A stretch of 64,000 nucleotides of DNA, from NCBI RefSeq assembly GCF_963921235.1, contig NC_086111.1:14880001-14944000 (forward strand). Reading direction: 5' to 3'. Shown piece by piece: positions 56,845 through 64,000 of the stretch. The notes below the pieces were generated by a model. The model was not told the DNA's origin. It ran no database searches and worked only from the letters and a program-made list of their open reading frames with translations. The translations under genes and the position numbers were made by a program. Origin of the DNA: Mobula hypostoma (lineage: Eukaryota). Within the stretch, counting starts at the first letter, position 1. Each line of letters opens with the position of its first letter.

Positions 56845-59800
56845 TAGGATTGATTGGCAAAAACAAATAAAAATAAGGTGGGGCAAGTGGACTGCCCATT
56901 GTTGGTGTGGACACTGTTAGAGTTACTTGAGACTTTAGCTCTTTGAGGCTTCAGTGAGGAGAGGCTTGAGTGAGGGAAGGTAAAAAGCTGTAGGTAATTT
57001 TTTTTCCAGTTTATTTATTGTTTCCTTTAATTTGCACAATTAGAACAGTAGAGATGCTAGGCAGGATAGCTGAATGTTCCTCTTGTGGTTTGTGGGAAGG
57101 CTGAGAGACTTCCAGAGACCCTGACGACTTCACCTGCAAAAACTGAATCCAGCTGCTGCTACTAGGACTTGGAGCTGGAACTGGATGAACTCTGGATCAT
57201 TCAGGAAGCTGATGGGGTGATACGTAGGACATACAGAGAGATAGTTACACCTAACGTGCAGTACACAGGAAACTGGGTGACAGTCAGGATAGGGAGAGAG
57301 GTTGAACAGCCAGTGCAGGGTACCCCTGTGGCTATTCCCTTCGACAACAGGTATACCACTTTGGATACTGTTGGGGGGAATGACCTAGCAGAGGAAAGTC
57401 ACAATGGCCAGGTCTCTGGCACTGAGTCTGGTTTTGTCTCAGGAGGGAAGGGGGGGAGAAGAGGCGAGCTGTAGTTACAGGAGGTTTGTTAGTTAAGGGG
57501 ACAGAAGGGAGGTTCTGTGGGTGTGAACGAGATTCCCAGATGGTATGTTACCTACCGGGTGCTAGGTTCGGGACATCAAATTGAGTCTTCAGCATTCTTA
57601 ATTGGGAGGGTGAGCAGCCAGAGGTCATGGTCCATGAGGTACCAATGACATAGGTAGAAAGAGTGAAGAGGTTTTGTAAAGTAAGCTCAGGGAGTTAGGC
57701 ACTAAGTTAAAGAACAGGACCTCCAGGGTTATGATCTCAGGATTGCTACCCATGCCACATTCTAGTGAGGCCAGAAGTAGTAAGATCATACAGTTTAACA
57801 CGTGGCTAAGGAGTTGGTGAAGCAGAGAGGGAGGGCATCAGATTTTTGGATCATTGGTCTCTCTTCCAGGGAAGGTGGGACCTGTACAGAAGAAACAGCT
57901 TGCATCTGAACTGGAGGGGGACTAATATCTTAGCAGGAAGGTTTGCCTGTGCTCTATGGGCAGGAGTTTAAACTAGAATTGCAGTGGGGTGCGAACCAGA
58001 GTGCCAGAACTGATAGTGGAGAGATTGTGGAGGCAGATGTTGAGCCCTCAGGCAAAGTCTGAAATCAAAAAATTGTGTATGATGTGAATGATGTTCTGAG
58101 CTGTGTATATTTCAATGCAAGAAGACTTGTAGAAAAGGCAGATGAGCTCAGGGCATGGATCAACATATGGAATTATGATGTTGTAGCCACTAGTGAGACT
58201 TGGCTGCAGGAGGGGCAAGACTGACAGCTCAAAGTTCCGGAGTTTCGTTGTTTTAGATGCGACAGAGCAGCGGGGTGGTGTTACTAGTCAGGGAAAATAT
58301 CACGGCAGTGCTCAATCAGGACAGACTGGAAAACCTGTCTAGTGAGACTTTATGGGCAGAACTGAGGGGGGGGGGAGAGGTACAACCACATTAATGGCAC
58401 CAACAATACCCCAAGATTTAGAGGAACAAATTTATAGAGAGATTGCTGACTGTTGCAAGAAACAGAAGGTTGTTATAATTGGTGATTTTAACTTTCCGTA
58501 TATTGACTGAGACGCCCATACTGTAAAAGGAAGGAGTTTGTCAAATGTGTTCAAGAAAGTTTTCTTAATCAGTACATAGAAGACCCAATGAGAGAGTGTG
58601 AGATACTTGATCACCTATTGGGGAATGAGACAGCGCAGGTGACAGAAGTTTGTGTAGGGGAACACCTCACACCTAGTGATCATAATGCCATTAATTTTAA
58701 GGTATTTATGGAAAAGATAGGTTTGGTATGTGGTTTGAGATTCTAAATTGGAGAATGTCCAATTTTGATGGTATCAGAAAGGATCTGAAATATGTGAACT
58801 GGGACAGGCTGTTTTCTGGCAAAGGTGTACCTGGTAACTGGGAGGCCTTCAAAAATGAAATTTTAAGAGTATAAAGCTTCTACATGCCTACATAAAAGGT
58901 AAAGATGTAACAGGTTTCACGTGCCATAGTTTTCAAGAGATATTGAAGCCCTGGTTAAGAAAAAGGAGAAGGTGCATAGCATGTCAGAGGTGCTTATGGT
59001 ATATAAGAAATGCAAGAGAACACTTAAGAAAGAAATCACAAAGGGTAAAAGGTGGCATGAGGTTGCCCGAGCAGATAAGGTGAAGGAGGATCCTAAGGGG
59101 TTCTTCAGATACATTAACAGCAAAAAGATTGCAAGGGACAGAATTGTTCCTCCGGAAGATCAGAAGGGTGATCTATGCGTGAAACCAAAAGAGGTGGGGG
59201 AGATCTAAAGATTTTTTGCATCTTTATTTACTCGGGAGGCAGAGACAGAGTCTATAGAAGTGAGGCAAAGTAGCAGCAAGGTCATGGACACTACAAATCA
59301 CAGAGGAGGAGTCGTTTTCTGTCTTGAGGCAAATTAGGGTGGATGAATCTCCAAGTCCTGACAAGGCGTTCCCTCGGATCCTCTGGGTAGCCAGTGCAGA
59401 AATTGCATGGGCCTGAGCAGAGATATTTAAATCATCCTTAGCGGCAGATGAGGTACTGGAGGTTTGGAGGATAGCAGCATTACAGTAGGAAAGTTATTCA
59501 AAGGTATTCCAAGGGGCCAGATGTGAGTATTTGGATACATAGGGACATATTAGGGATAGTCAGCATGGTAAGTCGTGCCTAACCAATCTTATGGAGTTTT
59601 TAGGGGAAGTTACCAGGCAGTGGCTGTTGTCTACATGGACTTTATGAAGGCATTTGACAAAGTCCCACGTGGGAGGTTGGTCAGGAAGATTCAGTTGCTT
59701 GACATTCAAGATGAGATAGTAAATTGGATTAGACATGGGTTTTGTGGATGAAGGTCAGAGAGTGGTTGCCTCTCTGACTGGAGGCCCGGGACTCGTGGAG

Positions 59801-61934
59801 TGCTGCAGGGATTGCTGCTGGGTCCATTGTTGTTTGTCATCTATATCAATGATCTGTATGATAATATGGTTAACTAGATAGCAAATTTGCAGATGACACC
59901 AAAACTGAGGGTGTCGTGGACAGTGAAGAAAGACTAACAGAGCTTGCAATGAGATCTGGACCAAATGGAAAAATGGCAGATGGAATTTTGTGCAGACACG
60001 TGTGAGGTATTGCACTTCGGTAGAACCAACCAGGGTAAGTCTCACACAGTGAACAGTAGGGCACGGAGGAGTGTGGTAGAACAAAGTAATCTGGGAATAC
60101 TGGTACACAGTTCATTGAAAGTGGCAGCACAGGTAGATAGGGTTGTAAAGAAAGCTTCTCACACATAGGCCTTCATAAATCAAAGTACTGGGTACAGGAG
60201 ATGGGATGTTGAATTTGTATAGGATGTTGGTGAGTCCTAATTTGGAGTATTTTGTGCAGTTTTGGTCACCTACCTACAGGAGAGATGTAAATAAGGTTGA
60301 AAAAATGCAGAGAAATTTTTCAAGGATGTTGCCAGGGCTGGAGGACCTGAGTTATAAAGAAAGATTGAATAGGTTAGGACTTTATTCCTTGGAACATTGA
60401 AGATTGAGGGGTGATTTGATAGGGATAAACAAAATTATGAGTAGTATGGATAAGTTAATGCAAGCAGGCTTTTTACAAGCAACACACACAAAATGCTGGA
60501 GGAACTCAGCAGGCCAGGCAGCATCTATGGAAAAAAGTACCGTCGACATTTCAGGCCAAGACCCTTCATCATGACTGGAGAAAAAAAGATGTGGAGTTAG
60601 ACTAAAAAAAAGTGGGGGGGGGAGGAAAAAACACAAGGTGATAGGTGAAACCAGGAGGGGAGGGAGGGGTGAAATAAAGAGCTGGGAAGTTGATTGGTGA
60701 AAGAGATACAGGGTTGGAGAAGGGGGAATCTGATAGGAGAGGGTAGAATGCCATGGAAAAAAGAAAAGGGAGAGAAGCACCAAAGGGAGGTGATGGGCAG
60801 GTGAGGAGATAAAGTGAGAGAGGGAAATGGGAATGTGGGCGGGGCATTACCGGAAGTTAGAGAAGTCAGTGTTCATACCATCAGGTTGGAGGCTACCCAG
60901 ACAGAATATAAGGTGTTGCTCCTCCAACATAAGTGTGGCTTCATTGCGGCAGTACAGGAGGCCATGGACTGACGTGTCGGAATGTGAATGGGAAGTAGAA
61001 TTAAAACAGGTGGCCACTGGGAGATCCTGCTTTTTCTGATGGTGCTCGATGAAGTCTACTCCCAATCTACGTCAGGTTTCACCTATATACAGGAGGCCAC
61101 ACCTGGAGCGCCAGTTACAATAGATGACCACAACAGACTCACAGCTGAAGTGTTGACTCACCTGGAAGGACTTTTTGGGGCCTTGAATGGTAGTGAGGGA
61201 GGAAGTGTAGGGGCAGGTGTAGTACTTGTTCCATTTGCAAGGATAAGTGCCAGGAGGGAGATCAGTGGGGAAGGATGAATGGACAAGGGAGTCACGTAGG
61301 GAGTGATCCCTGCAGAAAGCAGACAATGAAGAGGAGGGAAAAATGTGCTTAGTGGTGAGATCCCGTTGGAGATGGCAGAAGTTACGGAGAATTATGTGCT
61401 GGACCTAGAGGCTCATGGGGTGGTAGGTGAGGACAAGAGGAACCCTATCCCTGGTGAAGTGGTGAAGGGAGGATGGGGTGAGGGCAGATGTGCGCGAAAT
61501 GGAAGAGTTGCAGTTGAGGGCAGCATTGATGGTAGAGGGAGGGAAGCCCCCTTGTTTGAAGAAGGAGGACATCTCCTTAGTTCTGAAATGAAAAGCCTTA
61601 TCCTGAGAACAGATGCGGCAGAGATGGAGGAATTGAAGGCTATAACTAGATGTCTTGGGTTAAGGGTGAAAGGTGAAATGTTTAAGGGAAACATGAGGGG
61701 AAGCTTCTTCACTCAGAGAGTCTTGTGAGTGTGGAATGTGCTGCCAGCACAAGTGGTGTTTCTGAGCTCAGTTTTAACGTTTAAGAGAAGTTTGGATAGG
61801 TACATGGATGGGAGGGGTATGGAGGGCTGTGGTTCCGGTGCAAGTCAATGGGACTAGGCAGTTTAAATAATTTGGCACGGACTAGATGGGCCAAAAGTCC
61901 TGTTTCTGTGCTGTACTTTTCTATGACTCTATGA
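56845..61934 (+). mobile_element. Full-length decayed CR1 LINE, with a Penelope inserted at about 60476-61637
   Basis: ORF1 ATG at 57054 (MLGRIAECSSCGLWE), PVAIPFDNRY and GTNDIG. ORF2 CVYFNARR, SDHNAI, YMDFMKAFDKVP and KFADDTK. Tail ttctatgactctatga. Confidence 0.88.
60476..61637 (-). mobile_element. Penelope-like element with GIY-YIG endonuclease and hammerhead module
   Basis: CPYTSSLTTIQGPK...VIYC...CGLLYIGET...PVATCFN...LEEQHLIFCLGSLQPDGMN. The hammerhead at about 60542-60575 has CUGAUGA changed to AUGAUGA. Confidence 0.9.
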
Positions 61935-63280
61935 GCAAGCATTTATTTGTGGGACCTGCAGTGTACATTTAAAAATTGTTGGCCTTCAGCAAGCTGAAGG
62001 CTACCATATTACTTACTTTATGATCTCTACGGTGACAACTAACTGTAAAAAGTGATGCTGCAAGCTCTAGCTGAATGCCAGCACAATGATTCTGTTATCC
62101 TCTAGACTCTTCGTGTTTATAGACAAGGTATCTCAGAACCTTGGGCACTTGCATTCCCTAAACAAGCTTGCTTAGGCAGGCAGGCTGCTGCATTATAATG
62201 AAAAGAGACAAAACAGCTCAACCCCCACTTGAGTGTGGCTTGTAGGTATAAAGCAGGGTAAGAATGCCAAATACTGTATTCATCCATGTTTTCAAAGTGT
62301 TATCACCTTCATTCTGTGTCATCTATGAGGTTTTATTGCTTCTGATGTGACTATTTAAAATCTGAGAAAGATTGAGCCAAGGGAATTTTCTATTTTTTTT
62401 GTGAGGGAGGGTTGCTGCCTTGGAGTCTGCTGATGATCTTAATGCAATATCATATGGGATAGAAAGTTACAAGTGTCAGTGTGAGGATCTGCAGCCTCCT
62501 ATTTATAACGAGAACTGCCTCAGTGAGCTTCTCAGCGTAGTTACAGCTTCTGCCGGAACTAGTGATGCCGGGGAGCTGCATAAATAAATAAAACAGAATA
62601 TTTCAATTTTCTACTTATCGGGTATATATGTGGAAAATTCCCCTTGAGATTTAGGACAGAATTCAGTCTTGCTGGTGTTAAACATGCTCAAACTCCCTAG
62701 TCATTAAAAAGTAGCAATTAAGAGGGCATCAGAGAACGGGTAGATGGTTCATACTAAATTCTTCAGTATGCAAGGATTGCAAACTATTATTCAGCAACTT
62801 TTAAGTACATTTCCAGCTAAAGTTCTTGAAACGAGTTGAAGTTCAGCAGATGGTTTTTAATGTACATGGTACTTCACTATAAATGGTCATTTTAGCAATT
62901 AGAGAAGTACCCCTTTGTTAAGAAATTGGTGTAAATGCCTGCTCTCTGGTGGTGCCTGTGAACTAATGAAAAGCCCATGAAGCGTGCTTCCCCCCACCCC
63001 AGGACAGAATGCCTGTGAGGGCTGGGATTGGATCAGTTGACCCAGAGTGTACAACTGCTCAATGCTGAGATGGAGAGCTCAGTGCTGCACTCCGATCCTG
63101 ATACATGTAGCTATTTCTAAATGCCTGTACTCTGTTGGTTGGGCAAATGGCCTAATTCTGCTCCTATATTTTATGGCTCAGTGGTAATATTTGCAATACA
63201 TGTATTGCATTGGTTAGGTGACTCACAAGTAATTGGTACAATGCCTATGCGTTTTAGTTGTGCAGAAACTAAGCGTGTAT

Positions 63281-64000
63281 AAGTGAGTTTGGCTTGTGGA
63301 AGCTGACGAAGATGATGTTGAAGAGGTTTGGCATCCCATGACCAAGAACTGATAGATGAAGAGCTGATGCAATTGGAAGAGGAAAGGATAACAATCGAAA
63401 CAGAATGAGTAATGATAAAGTATGACTTTAATTTTGAAAGGGTACGTAGGTTTAGGGGATATTTGCAGGATGGTTTGAGTGCTTACAAAGAACTGTATGA
63501 TAGAAAAATGCGTGAGGCTCAGCAGTCAAGCAAGCCTTCCACAGCAGATGACGAACCTTGACCTTCGACATCGAGGCAGGCAGAGGTAGGAGAAGATGAG
63601 CTGCCTGCTCTAATGGAAACAGACGACGAGATGACACCCCAGTGTCCCACTACCCCAACACCCAGGCTGCGGACAGATACCGATTCGCGGAGAATGCAGC
63701 AGTAGCCGGGAGACACACAGCACATCTTTAAGAAAAAAGCCGAAATAAACATGCTAATTAATTAGGTGCCGCCCGGCATGTAAATGTTGGCCCAGAACAG
63801 AGGCGATGCAATTGGCACTGATCTGGGCCGACAATTATGTGCTGGGCGGCACCTAATTAATTAGCATGTCTATTTCGGCTTTTTTTCTTAAAGATGTGCT
63901 GTGTGCCTCCTGGCTACCGCTGGACCACTGCATGCTTCGCGGGTCGGTATCGGGTCGCTGCCCGGAGGGTGGGGGCCACTGCACCACCCAAACTCCGACG
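63281..64000 (+). mobile_element. Tigger/hAT composite, copy 2 (5'-truncated, runs off the window)
   Basis: It aligns to 55381-56110. The nested MITE at 63656-63981 has a complete hairpin (arms 63676-63800 and 63818-63951). Confidence 0.88.

Noticed and set aside
61982-62001. Perfect 9-bp hairpin gccttcagc-aa-gctgaaggc
   Set aside because: About one stem of this length is expected by chance in 64 kb, and there is no supporting context.
62499-62508. MEF2-like site ctatttataa in unique sequence
   Set aside because: A single short AT-rich motif with no independent support.
1-64000. CRISPR arrays, operons, rRNA or other prokaryote-type systems
   Set aside because: None seen. The window is spliced vertebrate gene sequence plus TEs, with no regular repeat-spacer array.

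Overview
This is eukaryotic (vertebrate) genomic DNA. The repeat families (CR1, V-SINE/HE1-like SINEs, Penelope) suggest a cartilaginous fish, probably a ray; that is an inference. The only host gene is RNF123/KPC1, an E3 ubiquitin ligase, on the + strand. It contributes three short internal coding exons (352-540, 7807-7882, 21824-21908) that splice in frame. The intron opening at 21909 runs past the end of the window (>42 kb). Most of the rest is nested transposable elements: CR1, Rex/Babar-like, L1 and RTE LINEs, Penelope-like elements, tRNA- and Deu-type SINEs, and Tc1, Tigger and hAT/P-like DNA elements. Nearly all other ORFs in the track are TE fragments or noise. The most notable system is a Penelope-linked ultra-minimal hammerhead ribozyme family. 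It includes an intact-core copy inside a fold-back insertion flanked by a target-site duplication (43939-44824), several solo terminal modules that begin at the ribozyme, and stem-I covariation between families. Other oddities are a Tigger/hAT composite whose hairpin loop is flipped between its two copies, a perfect 48-bp templated inverted repeat near an exon, a satellite-carrying composite DNA transposon, and young inverted LINE copies flanking two frameshifting exons. Family names come from my recognition of motifs, not from database searches, and old TE boundaries are approximate.
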